From NCBI GenBank assembly GCA_965287045.1, contig OZ336878.1:104656001-104720000 (forward strand): a DNA stretch of 64,000 nucleotides. The letters are read 5' to 3'. Below are positions 37,633-50,436 of the stretch, one piece after another (within the stretch, counting starts at the first letter, position 1; each line of letters begins with the position of its first letter). Both the position numbers and the translations under genes were made by a program. This DNA is from Carcharhinus amblyrhynchos (Eukaryota). The notes under the pieces were generated by a model, which saw nothing but the letters and a program-made list of their open reading frames with translations, had not been told where the DNA came from and searched no databases.

Positions 37633-39495
37633 GCGTGTTGGGGGGAGGGGCGTCTTTCCATTAAATGGAGTACTCACTGTTGAAAAGAAAGATACCTGAA
37701 TCATTTCATCACTATGCCATCGCTTCAAAAGTTCTGAATGAACTTCTTCAGGCTCAACCACATTCAAATGTTTATTCAGGGACGTTATCTCCATGATCAC
37801 GTCAGAAGTAGAGATTTTGCTGCAAACTGAATAATGTTCAGCCCTTTTCAGGACTAAGGAGATACTCAAATATTCCAATTCCAAGTGCAGCAACAATATC
37901 CAAGCTTGGGCTGGGAAGTGCTAACAACGCATGTGCCACACAGGCGCTATCAGCGAATATCTCCAATAAGAAATGATAATGCCACCCACCTCATTCCCAT
38001 GCACATGCACTGTCCTTGTCGTCGTTCACTCTTACACTACCAACACCCCGCTGGGTAACCATTTAAAATAAACAGATTTGAAATTCTAACTTCAATACTA
38101 CCGATGCAAAATCAGCTCAAAGGATAATAATCTGACCTCAAGGAACTGGTCTCCTAATTCGTCACCTCACGTCCACCTTCGACAACACGCAACTCTCTGG
38201 TGTGCTGGAATATTCTCCAGTTTTCTCCAGAATTTACAGATAGCAACAAAGTTTGTCACCATCCAGTATAAAACAGCAGAAGTTATTGCTGCTGCTTCGA
38301 GAAACATTCAATCTTTCTGTTGACGGGGATCCTGGGTCAGCTAACAGAACCATAGTCCGAATCTTAGTTTTTGTATTACATGGGGAAGAAGGAGTTGAAG
38401 GGACTGTGAACCGACGATATTATGTTAGCAGTTTGCTCATATGTGAATAGTAGACTATTTCCAAAGGGAAAAAAGATGATTTCCATGTTAAGTGAAAACA
38501 GTTATGTTTAATGATAGTAACGTATCCATATTAGAGATTTGAAAAAAAAATCAGTGTAGTAATTATACGAGTGTTGTGATGAAAATAGACGTGCAAGAGT
38601 TCAGAAGTGGCAGTCATTTGGTCAGCAGAAAACATAGTACAGCTCCGTATTCAGAGAGGATGTTGAAGCATTTAATGAAACATTTAATATTAAAAACGTA
38701 AAGTCTCATCGTCAACTGATGGGAAGCTTCAGCTCTTTAGGCCCAAGAGATGGTGCTATCTATTATTTTGGAAGAATGCTGTTGCGAAAAGTATCTGAGT
38801 ACAAGATTCCTAAGCAACAATGTTTACCAGCAAGCTGGTCATGCGGGGGGTGGGGAGGGGGTGGTGGTGGGGACGCTCCGTCAGAGGAATGAGCAAATGA
38901 TGAATCAACATAGTAAGATCACCAAGGAGCCACTGAATGTCAATTAATCCAGACTCCAGGGCTTCGCGTGGCAGCTGAAAAATTATTCTAACTTGGAAAG
39001 TTCCCCCTGCTTCCGGGAGATGGCCCTCAACGATGAGTTTTTGTGGTGCCCTTGTCGGGGAATGTGTCTCATTTCCCAACATCAGGAAAGGTCTACAGAA
39101 TATGCCTGTTGTTTCCAAATATGTAAATTGAAAAAGGTGTTATTGTTAATGGATAGAAGAAAGAGGTTTCAAATACACGCCTTTTATCTTACCTGCAATC
39201 AGTAGAGTTGAACTCAATGTTGCATATATAACAGTTATTAGAAAGATCGCATCCATATTTCACAGGTTCCCAAATTCTGAATTATGATAGTTTCGTGAAT
39301 GAGTCCGTGATGATAACTTTGCATTCCAAACCGCAAAATAGCTTTGCTTGCCACAGAGCAAGTCTTACAATAAACGGAAGTCTTCAAAATTACGAAAATT
39401 ACGAAATCTTGATGAGCATTTTTTTTAGCATTTTGATTGTTGTATAGAACACAATGGATACTTCGGAATAATCCTGATATAGATTATTTCTTCAC

Positions 39496-39519
39496 CTGCT
39501 TCTTGACATTTGTTCAATT
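39496..39519 (-). CDS. Micro-exon (24 nt): ELNKCQEA
   Basis: cttgttatttccag|AATTGAACAAATGTCAAGAAGCAG|gtgaag. Confidence 0.75.
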
Positions 39520-40169
39520 CTGGAAATAACAAGTGTTTCAATCTTTTAATGCCGAGATCATAATTGCTTTCAGCGTACATTCTATGCGTGGTCACTGCAA
39601 AGGTATGAAACATTCTTTTGCCCAATTTGCGTTATGAGGACCTCAACTTAGTGCCAGCCCTAATCAGGACGACCATGTAATTTAGACTGAAATCGAATCT
39701 TCTTTGGCAAATAGTTAGACACGCAACAGTGTTTAAAAACTATGTTTTGAAAAAAAAAGTCAGAACTGTTATTTCTGTTACCATAATGCTTGAGCCAATA
39801 TTAAAATGGACTATTAATACAGTTATTCAGCACGTGAAATACAACAATTCACGTGAAAATTAAAATCGGTTTGTAAATCACAATCGGTATTGGAAATGAA
39901 TTAATTCACTTAATTAATAATAACTGATATATTTTAGCTTGGAGACCAAGTATCGCCAGGAACCTCAGCGAACACAAAGATTCACGAAAGTCAGCGTCAC
40001 AGTTAATAGACAGATCGTTGATCTGACCAACGATTGAATGGAAAAAAAATACTGGACAGTGTCATACTTCTCTAGAAGAGGAACACCTTGATGTCTCCAA
40101 TAACTTTGAGTTACAATGCTTCGGATAGCTGCTTTTCACTCGTCAAATTCTCTCAACTTTCACTGTCGA

Positions 40170-41330
40170 TTCATAGAGTCATAGAGGTTTAAATATGGAA
40201 ACAGACACTTCGCCCCAATTCGTCCATGCCGCCTCTTAAAAAGAACTCTTCAGCAAGTCCTAATTTCCCGCATTTGGCTCATATCCCTCCATACCAATCT
40301 TACCCATCAAACTGTCTAAACGCGTTTTAAACGACAGAATTGTACCCGCCTCTGCTACAACCTCTGGCAGCTTGTTCCAGGCACTCACCATCCTCTGCGT
40401 GAAAAATTACCCCTCTGGACCCTTTTGTATCTCTGCCCTCTCGCCTTAAACCTACGCCCTACATTTGAGAAAATGTATTAACTATTTAACTGGTCTATGC
40501 CCCTCATTATTTTATAGACCTATTTATGATCACCCCTCAGCCTCCTATGCTCCAGAGAGAAAGAAAACAGCTTACCTAGCCTCTTCTTATAACTCAAAAC
40601 ATTGAGTACCGGTAGCATCCTAGCAAATATCCTCTGCACTTTTTCTACTCTAATAAAGCCTTTCTATAGTAGGGTGATCAGAATTGTACATAATATTTCA
40701 AGTTTGGCCTTGCCAACGTCTGGTAAAATTTCAACAAGACGTCCCTATTCCAGTATTCAATGTTCTGGCCAATGAAACCAAGCGTACTGACTGCCTTCTT
40801 CACCACTCTGGGTACCTGTAACTCCATTTTCAAGGAGCTATGAACCTGTACCCCCTAGATCTTTTTGTTCTGTAAGACTCCCGAACCCTCTAACATTAAC
40901 TGGGTTCGTCCTGTCCTGGTTTAATCCAGCAAATTGTATCGCCTCGTGTTTATCACTCCATCTTCCATTCGTCAGCCACTGGCCGAATTGACCAAGATCC
41001 CGCTGCAACCCGAGATAACCTTCTTCACTATCCAGTATGCCACCAATCTTGATGTCATTTGCAAACTTACTAACCATGTCTCCTTTATTCTCATCCAAAT
41101 CATTAATCTAAATGACAAATAACAATGGACCTGCAAAAATTCATGAAGCACACTACTGGTCACAGGAATCCAGTTTGAAAAATAACCCTCTGACTTCTGT
41201 CATCAAGACAATTTTGAATCCATTTAGCTCCCTCAATCTGTATCCCGTCAGATTTAACCTGATGCAGCAACCGACCGTGTGCTACCTCGTCAAAGGCCTT
41301 GCTGAAGTTCATGTGGACAAGCTCGATCAA
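40170..41330 (-). mobile_element. CR1 LINE fragment (catagagt-tailed subfamily)
   Basis: MVSKFANDIKIGGILDSEEGYLGLQRDL; tail catagagtcatagag on the plus strand. Confidence 0.85.
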
Positions 41331-42654
41331 CTACACTTTTCACTCTTCAAATTCTCTCAACATTCATTAGTTGTGAACCAATCATCTTCAATACAAATAA
41401 ATCATCAATGCCACTTGTCATATACTTTAACCAATTGCATTTTGCCCTCCACCATAATGGGATTTCAGTTGTCCATAGAACCCACACACTTACTCCTTCT
41501 ACTGCTGACTCAATTTCCCCTATTGTTTAGCAACCCCAAATGCTGAGCTACGAAAGTCACAGTTAATATTTCTAACAGCTCTTACCAAGTCATTGGTCAA
41601 TATTGACAAATAAACTTTTTCACGGCTGAGAAAGCACTATCTTCTCTGGATGGTATGACATAATCCTATCTGTGAAATTGCCTCAAGAACCTTTCTCTTA
41701 GAAGCTCTGCCGATAAAAATTGGCACATTCTGTATCTTCATTGTTCCAAAGAATATAACTGCCTCCATAGGTCCCCCTACCATCTGCATTGCAGCAGGTT
41801 GCCTTTGTCTAAAGTTTACAATCACTTTTAAAAATATCACCGATATGTATTTTAAAATCAGAAAGCACATTTTTTAAACATAATCACTTGTTCAAATCCG
41901 TTACTGCGTTCTCATGGGTGGAACCTGTGGCCTTGTTTGCTTATACGCCTGGTTCAGAGTAATTTAACTCAATGCTAATAGTTCTGTTATTGAAATAAAT
42001 GAAATGAATGTCAAGTAGTTTTAAATTTCTCCACTCTGCTAGCAATTGCCTGCATCAGCATACTGACGAAAACCAATAAAAGGAAATGTTGTTTATAATA
42101 CACGAGGTCACTCAGCAATGATTGCAACAGTCATATATTTGTAATTAGCACTCTCATGCTGCCCAGTGGTCGGCTAGTTTATTTATTCTCAATCCTCCGT
42201 TTATGTTTTACTATTGCATTGCAATGACAGGTTTTCCCGTTGTCCGCTTTTACTTCTTCATTGCTTGTTGGTATTGATGCTTTCATTGATGCACTGTGTT
42301 CACAGTTTCCATATAAGTTCGAACGAATTTGTAGAATCATTCTATTGCGATTACACTTACAACTTCCATTCCTTGGTAAATTAGTACTGAGATTATAATA
42401 TCCCCGTTGGTATTGATGAAGCCCGAAGACAACTGATTTCCAGATATGCACACAGAAGGTGTATGAAGACATCAGAGACATAGACGTATTTCTTCCTGTT
42501 CAATTGCATGATAGCATCCACTTGTAATTGAAACAGTGTTGATGATGTGTTTTTTTTATATGACCTAAAATCCGACTTAAATATGCACTTAAAAAATTCT
42601 TCGTGTATGTAAGTAGCAAAATTCCTTAAATTCTATTAACTTATATTGGACTCT

Positions 42655-43650
42655 AATACACAGAAACATAAATCGGCCAGTCAGCTCATATAGTCTGCTC
42701 TGCAGTGCAATGAGAGAATCTGGTGCACATTCGCACCTAATACACATAACCTTTGCTTTCTTCATTGATTAAATATCCGCCTAATTCAAGCTTGAATATG
42801 CTTAACTACCCAGCATGTGCAGAGACCTGGGATGAAGAATTAGTAAAACTGAGTACATATGAGGGAAATAATTCTTCCTCATCTCAGTTTTAATTGGATA
42901 ATCTGTAGTTTGAAATTACATCATCTATTTATATACTGTGTACAAGATGAAACAATCCCTTAGCGCTTCCACTTTAAAACACACTTAGAATTCTGTATCA
43001 TTCAATATAAATTTATCTGAATTCCAGTGAGTGCAGGGCCATCCTACATCACGTCTCCATATAAGAATACACCCAAACACGGGATCAATATAGTGAACAG
43101 TTTCTGGATTGCTGAAAGTTACAGTATATTTTTCCTCAGGTAAGTGAACCCAAATAATTCTCAACATTCCAGATGCAGTCTGATTAGCAGTGTGCATTCT
43201 TCTCGTCGGACTTCCTTACTATGTGCTCAATTCCCTTTGAATAAAGTTCTACATTTCATTTGCTATCCGTATGACATGCTAAACCTTCAAGTTAGCTTTT
43301 TTATGAACATATGTTGAAAACACTGTTGCAGAGTTGGTAGCAGACTGAATATGTACTGTTGTGGGATAGAGCATCTGTGTAATTGTTGTTCGTGGAAGTT
43401 CAAGGGACTGAATATCCTGTTGCTTCACCGCAAAGACTCTATGATTCTCTGACTTATGCACTATGGCACACAAATCTACAGCTATCAGTCTTTCTCCATC
43501 TCAAAAAAGATCACGTCGTCTATTCTTCACACTAATTCGCATTGTTTCTCATTTTCCACTCGCATCTTCCACTTACGATGTTTTTGCTGAGTCACTTTCC
43601 TTCTGTATACGCTTCACTATTTGCCCGTTAAACAATTTTGGTCCCATTAG
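42655..43650 (-). mobile_element. Old CR1 fragment
   Basis: Degenerate reverse complement of the CR1 3' UTR and RT C-terminus. Confidence 0.55.
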
Positions 43651-44169
43651 CAACCGTTGCTAGTGCACATTGTCTTCCCAGCACTGATCTATGTGACAGT
43701 CCAGTGGTTGTAAGTTCCCATCATGTAAAAAAGAAACATGCTTTTAGTATCTCCGGACGAATTTTCTGCCCAAAATGAATATGCTGTTAGGGTCCAATGC
43801 GTTTCCTCCAAATGTATTTTCTCCATCTTAAAATTTTTAGCTCCATCCAGATGCATTCTCCGTCTTCCAATCCAGGCACATTGTCTTTTCTACAGTACTT
43901 GTTCCATTTTATGCCAACAATCATGCCAGCATCAATCCAGTTCCCTCCTGCATTCGAGTATTTAGAATACACCTCTTGTAAATTCTTCAAGGAAAATGGA
44001 ACAACGTTCTCCGATCTATCTAATTGTCAACGTTAAACATCAATTGGAGTATCCTCATACATTTTTCTGCACGATGTCTAATTCATTTTTATTCGTAGAA
44101 AGTAGAATTAGAATGGATCAAGTGCTTCAAGCTTTTAGTTATCCAGATCACCAGAAACCTGTCTTCATC

Positions 44170-44460
44170 CCCCATGTCGACTCTAACGTTAGGAAACCCA
44201 CCAATGCCTCTAAATTCTGAGAAGACTGAGGGAATTCAGCATGACAGCTACGGCTCTCACCAACTTTTACAGACACACCATAGAAAGCATTCTGTCTGGT
44301 TGTATCACAACTTGGTATGGCTTCTTATTTGGCCAAGATGGCAAGGAACTACAGAACGTCATGATTGTAGCCCTACCCATCACGAAATCCATCCTCCCAT
44401 CCATTGACTCTCTGTAGACTTCTCGTTGCCTCGGCAAAACAGCCAGCATAATTACGAACC
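44170..44460 (+). mobile_element. Rex1/Babar-type fragment
   Basis: caccaacttttacagacacaccatagaaagcattctgtctggttgtatcacaacttggtatgg matches 36070-36135. Confidence 0.8.
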
Positions 44461-44799
44461 ACGAAACGGAAGACACGGTCGGCGAATTGATGACATCGAT
44501 GCGATATTGAACAGGGGAAAGGCTGCAGTAACTTAAGTGCCATATACGAGTAGCAGTAAAGAGAGGAGTATAAGTGCTAGAAAAACAAATTTTTCATAAA
44601 TACGCCCGGTATATACTGTTGTTAATATGTATGCTATATGCCGTTCAGTAGGTTGGATCATGTCTGAGCCTTGTGCCTACAAAGGTTTTCACCCAAAACC
44701 CAATCATTCATATTTCCTTTATTCCGTGTTTTTAGGATGGTACACCTTCAATTTGATTGCACGTGTTCCGAGATAATAGGCGTGATTTTATGGCCTTGT

Positions 44800-45720
44800 T
44801 CACTCAGCACACGGACAATCCCGCAGGAAGTCAACAGACTTTCCCATTGTCTGCCTGTCACCTGCTCCAATTCCCGTGGACGGTTTTCGTTGGTCAGCTG
44901 CTTTTATCTTTCCATGCTTCCTCCGTTTTTCTTTGACTAGTTGCTCTTTCACGTTTGCTTTGGTCTTCTATGTTCAGCCTCATTCTCCAAGCTATTCTCC
45001 AGGCGACGGCTGCCATTCGCACATTTCTTTACTGTCACCTTCACTTCTTTATCTCGTGTTATTCAGGATGGTGTAGATGCATTTTCCTACCTCTACCTCT
45101 CAAATGAATATACATTGGTAACGCGCACAGCACCATCCCCTTGAATAGCCCTCATCTTTCAGCCACACACACAAAAAACATCATTCCGAGGACTTCGGCT
45201 CAGATGCATGCTTATTCCATGATAGCTTGCCTCCCCCAATTAACAATACTTGCTCTGGTTTCTGCTTTGCGTTTTTTCCCTAAACAAGTTAAACGTCAAG
45301 AGACATGCCATTGTCCCCAACAATGTTTCGTTTATTAGTTCGCCCCCTTGGGCCAACTGCCCAGAACGACACAAAACATGTTCGGCTCTCTCCTTGGACT
45401 TGTAAAAATCCGGCTGATAAGGATGATATCAGCAAGCTCCAGAAATGTTTAACTTTTGCTCCTTCTCTGCACCCCTTTTGCAATCTACATTTGATACTTG
45501 AAAGTTCCGTTAAAACAAATGTTGCGGTTCCCGATGTTTTATCTGCAAATGACCTTCCGTACATCCGGTCAACTTTTAGTGCTCGATATACTACATCGAT
45601 GAATCAATTTACAACTTTTTGTTCCTTCCCCTAAACTGGAGAATTTCCGTTCTTGACCCCTCTGGGAAGTCCATGTTTCCTATTCACTGATGTCATTTTT
45701 GATCACTATTGCCACTCTAG
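44800..45720 (+). mobile_element. Possible decayed Penelope-like element
   Basis: Pyrimidine-rich segment with only faint resemblance to a GIY-YIG region. Confidence 0.3.
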
Positions 45721-47279
45721 TCACACTTATACTTCTGTTTCTGTCGTTCCTGCATCTAGTGCAGCCAAGGATATTTAAAGCTCAGTTTTCAGTTCCCTAC
45801 TTATCACTGCGTTTTATCACCTCTCTTGTCCGAATCCCCCCTGCTTGCTCCGATCCACTGCAGTGTATTTAAATCCTCTCTAAAGGTAGCAACCGTCATT
45901 GCCATCGACAATTCTGCCAGGTACTGTTACTCACAGCATCGTTTGCTGTTAGAGAGTTATAGCTCCTAATTAGCAGTAGGCATTTATGCCCCTATTCGAT
46001 ATGATTCCATCATCTGCTACGGGATACATAAGGGTTCTCAGGTGCACATTGCCTTGACGGCATTACATTGTGCCATTTCTCCTGGTGATACGTCCTTCCA
46101 GTAGGATAGGACCTACTTATGAAGAGTGATGCAGCTGAATGAAACGAATGAAAAGTACAATTCGGTGAGTAGTTTTATACGATGCCGTTGCCATTCTAAT
46201 CTGTTGAAGGGGTCTCACTGTTTGTGCACTAGTTATAGTGTCTTGAAGGTTGACAGAATGCCAACGGGCCCATCGACCCAACTTGCCCATACCGCCCAGT
46301 TTTTAATTCAATTTTCAGCCTTTATATTATCCTTACTCAAAGCCTTGTTAAAATACAAACTTGTACCCACCGCCACATTACTGTCCAGTTGTACATCACG
46401 CTGAGTATATAATGGCGATAAGAGCACATGGCATGGGACGCTGCTTGAATGCTGTCCGTTATGCACTCACAGTTAACATGAATTTCAGCAACAAACGCAA
46501 AGAAGGAAATATTGGAGCCACCAAAATAAAATACATTTATGGGCTGACAAATTAATCAATCGTTTTCATATTTTCAGTAAGCCATTATAGATTAGAGATT
46601 TTTTATATACTCAACGGAGAACAGCATGGTTGGAACAGCTAGAAAAACAAACGTTTGTTCAACAAATTTTTACCGTCCGTTTTCAATTTTATTTGGTCTT
46701 CTGCAAGAAGTGATTCCAATATTAACACAATTAATATGAAAACGTGAAAATTCAGCACGTATAGTAAAGGTCTAGTGTTCATTTATGAAGCGGTCAACGT
46801 GAACAATTACCCCTTGAACACCCCTCCAGAAACTTATTTGTATTCTTGTTCCTTACGTTGGCGGAACATTTCATTTCCCTAATTCCTGGCGTTTGAAACT
46901 TGGCTCTCCTACCACCGATTTATCACTTGCCGTTTTAACAACACAGATAAAGGAAAGCAACTCGCGCTAATGCTGAACTGAGCTTAGCGAATTCCAGTTA
47001 CCATACAAAGCAATAATATTTACTTGATCCTTTTCTTGTTCTCTGAATTGTCAATATTATTTCGTTCTGCAATATATCAGTTATTTTCAGCTGCGTCATA
47101 TGTTCATTACGATTATGAACTGTAAAATGCAAGAAATCTGAACCCTCTGATGGTTTTATTCGGTAGATTGGGAGATTTTTCGAGACTTTGCAGGATTGCT
47201 ATTACAGTTTTCATGGTTGTCAAAAGCTATTTAAAGAAGGAAAACGAAGCTGTTTGAGTGAAGCTTTTCCTCTGTGGCA

Positions 47280-49150
47280 GGACGCAGAATACAGATTTTG
47301 CAGACTGGAGGAAGCTAAACATTGGGATTTCCCATCGTCTTAGTCCAACTCTACTGTATTTTTCTTATTATTTATTAGTACCATGAAATGAGCTTAAAAA
47401 ATGTAATTTTAAAATATCGTGATGACTGAAAACCTGGAAGCATCGTGAACTTTGAAGAGAGTGACGGCCTTCCAAATATTTAAGAGACTTTGGTGTATGG
47501 ATATGAACGTGACAGATCACGGTAAATGCAAAGAAGTGAGGATTTGGACATTCTGGACGCCAGAAGGGGAAACATTATAAAAATAATTATATCATAGAAA
47601 CATAGAAAGGACGGATGTCAGAAGTTGCAGCAATACATTGATAGGATGCAGGACTGGGCGGAGAAGTGGCAGATGGAGTTTAACCCAGATAAGTGTGAAA
47701 TTGTTCATTTTGGCAGGTCAAATGGGATGGCAGAGTGTAATATTAATGGTAGGACGCTTGGCAGTGTGGAAGATCCGAAGGATCTTTGGGCCCGAGTTCA
47801 CAGGACGCTCAAAGCAGCTGCACAGGTTGAAGCTGCGGTTAAAAAAAACATATGATATACTGACCTTCATCAATCGAGGAATTGAGTTTAGGAGTCGAGA
47901 GGTAATGTTGCAGCTGTATAGGACCCTGGTGAGACCCCAGTTGGAGTACTGTGCTCAGGTCGCGTCGCCTCGTTACGGAAAACATGTGGGAGCCGTAGAA
48001 AAGGTGCAGAGGAGATTTACAAGGATGTTGCCGGGATTGGGGAGCATGCCTTATGAGGATAGGTTGAGGGAGCTCAGCCTTTTCTCCTTGGAGAGACGAA
48101 GGATGAGGGGTGACCTGACAGAGGTTATAAAATGTTGAGAGGTATTAATCGAGTGGATAGTCAGAGGCTTTTTCACAGGGCTGAAATGGTTGTCACAAGA
48201 GGACACCGGTTTAAGGTGCTGGGGAGTAGGTACAGAGGAGATGTCAGGGGTAAATTTTTCACTCAGAGAGTGGTGGGTGCATGGAATGGGCTGCTGGCAT
48301 GGTGGTAGAGGCGGATTCGATAGGGTCTTTTAAGATACTTTTAGATAAGTACATGGAATTTAGTAAGATAGATGGTTATAGGTAAGCCTAGTAATCTCTA
48401 AGGTAGGGATATGTTCGGCACAACTTTGTGGGCCGAAGGACCTGAATTATGCAGTAGTTTTTCTTTGTTTCTCTGTTTCTATCTTCCAAAGTCAATGCAG
48501 GCACGTTGAAAAAAAGCACACAACAAAATGTGGACTCACAAAGCTTTGACTAGACTAGACATCAAAGTGCAGTGTTAGACGAATATCAAGTCTTCCTGAA
48601 TTGTCAGTACGACCTTCTTCTCAGTTCCTGTGTCTCAGTTTAAATGATTTTGAAGTGCTAACGTTTTAGAAAAGTTAAGGGGTATTTCACGGCAATGTTT
48701 GGAAAGAGGGGTTTTAGCTGTTATGAACATATTTAGATGGATTGGAGAAGCGTTAGACTTAAATTTGATCGAAATGTTTGTGTCACACAACGTTCTGTGC
48801 GTTAAGACAGAGAGGGATTGTTCGCAGAGACTGAAAGCGTGGAACTAAAGGACAATGAATGAAAGCGAATAGCATAAAATAATTGTGGATGTTAAGAAAA
48901 CACCTCAACTGTTTTGTTCAAACATTGTTTATGGTAGGGAAGGCAGTGCTTGACATTATAGTGAAATGATATTTCAGCCTAGATTTATTCGGAAATTGGA
49001 TAAGCAACTGAGGAAAATAACGTTTTAGAATTATTGTAAAGTTTTGTGAGACTGTGATTCGCCCTGGTGCTCTTTCAGAGTGTGGGCGCCAACAACTGGA
49101 AGAATCGGCCCCTTTCCTTCTGTGGCCATTCAATGGCCCGATACATTTCC
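47280..49150 (+). mobile_element. Old CR1 fragment hosting a younger CR1
   Basis: Degenerate RT at 47280-47590 continues at 48480-49150. Confidence 0.55.
47608..48480 (+). mobile_element. CR1 3' fragment, moderately young
   Basis: WAEKWQMEFNPDKCE; LYRTLVRPQLEYC; VEKVQRRFTRMLPGL; degenerate (tttctatg)n tail. Confidence 0.92.
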
Positions 49151-49739
49151 AATATTTGACTGTTTAATGTTATCTTTAATTTTTCAGGAGACTGTGCAAA
49201 ATGGTTTAAATGTAAAGTTAAAGTAACTAAGACACATAAGCGCTATCACTGAAATAAACCATGCCTCAAATGTTGCCTCAAATATGTCAATTCCCTTATA
49301 AGTGCTGAGCACACCGGAAGAAGTTGATATTTATATTGGTAACATAATGCAAATAATGACTGCGGCAGAAATCACATTTTCTTTCCTCAAAGAAGTCGAT
49401 CGTTGTTAACATATAAAAAAAAGAAAAGTGAACATTACATCTGACCTCTGCGGTTCATGCTCCATCCAATTTTTTTTTCTATGGACTGAATAATTAAGTT
49501 CAACCAACTGCCATGAATGTGACGTAATGAATCGTATCGCATTTCCGAGTTGTGTTCTTTTTAATTAAATTTTGAAGCAAGGGAATTTAATCAGTTTCAT
49601 GTGTGAAGTTTAATCCTCACCGATGATTTATCTCGTCTTATTCAGCCAGTTGCCGACGACTAAATACCAAAATGATAACCTACTGTAATATGTGCGTAGT
49701 CCTTCACAGTATTTGTCGTGGAGTGCAATTTTAGCTTAC

Positions 49740-49766
49740 CTAATTTTGCGCGCACGCTCTCTAACT
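49740..49766 (-). CDS. Micro-exon (27 nt): ELESVRAKL
   Basis: gtctttgtttccag|AGTTAGAGAGCGTGCGCGCAAAATTAG|gtaagc. Confidence 0.85.
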
Positions 49767-50412
49767 CTGGAAACAAAGACACAAAGTTATGTTCGTCCAT
49801 GTATTAATTATAGTTTGATTCGTGATCAAGTTAAATTTGTAGTGCCAAGAATATCACAATCATCGTCATTAATACCGACCATCAAACGTATTAGGGTTCT
49901 GTAGTGGGTGTAAATTTCCTGTTGGAAATTGTTGGTGGATTAATATGCTTGCGAGAATTTTGTTAATTTGAATGTAAAACGAGATGATTTAATCAAAACA
50001 TGTCAGAGATTTCAAATTACATGGAATTTCTTCTAAAGTAGATCCAGGAAATAACATAAAACGACATCACTCACACACGGTAACTGTGGCGAGAAAACAT
50101 ATTCTTCAACGCTAATGAACAACGTGTGGTGGCCGGCAATTCTCCTATTCTATACCGCTAACGTGACAGAACAATGCGATCATTAATTGTTGACGTATCA
50201 AATAAATGCTCGAAAGCATTTAGCAAAATTCAATTACATTTTGAATTATATCCTGTGTACAGACACACAAATACTGACCTACTCATTTTATTTAAGCCCT
50301 TTTCGCTGCCTGCAGTGCCCTTCCAACATATTTCCCGAAGAGTCGCTCCTTGATTTCATTTTGTTTTGTATACATTCAATGGTAAATAACGTCAGCAGAA
50401 TATCTGTATTAC

Positions 50413-50436
50413 CTTTTACTTGTGCAATCTTGTTAA
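50413..50436 (-). CDS. Micro-exon (24 nt): VNKIAQVK
   Basis: tttacttcatttatag|TTAACAAGATTGCACAAGTAAAAG|gtaata. Confidence 0.7.

Larger units (their letters stand above)
35440..38310 (+). mobile_element. Second, older copy of the tRNA-headed LINE, interrupted by SINE+Rex1 and by an assembly gap
   Basis: Head remnant 35440-35545; core and EN 36660-37400 collinear with 21120-21850; RT 37700-38310 collinear with about 23100-23690. Confidence 0.7.

Noticed and set aside
42361-42386. 26-nt segment with a strong donor
   Set aside because: Not a multiple of three, so it would frameshift the chain.
50283-50309. 27-nt candidate exon GSEKGLNKM
   Set aside because: Purine-rich acceptor, contains glycines, and breaks the alternation.
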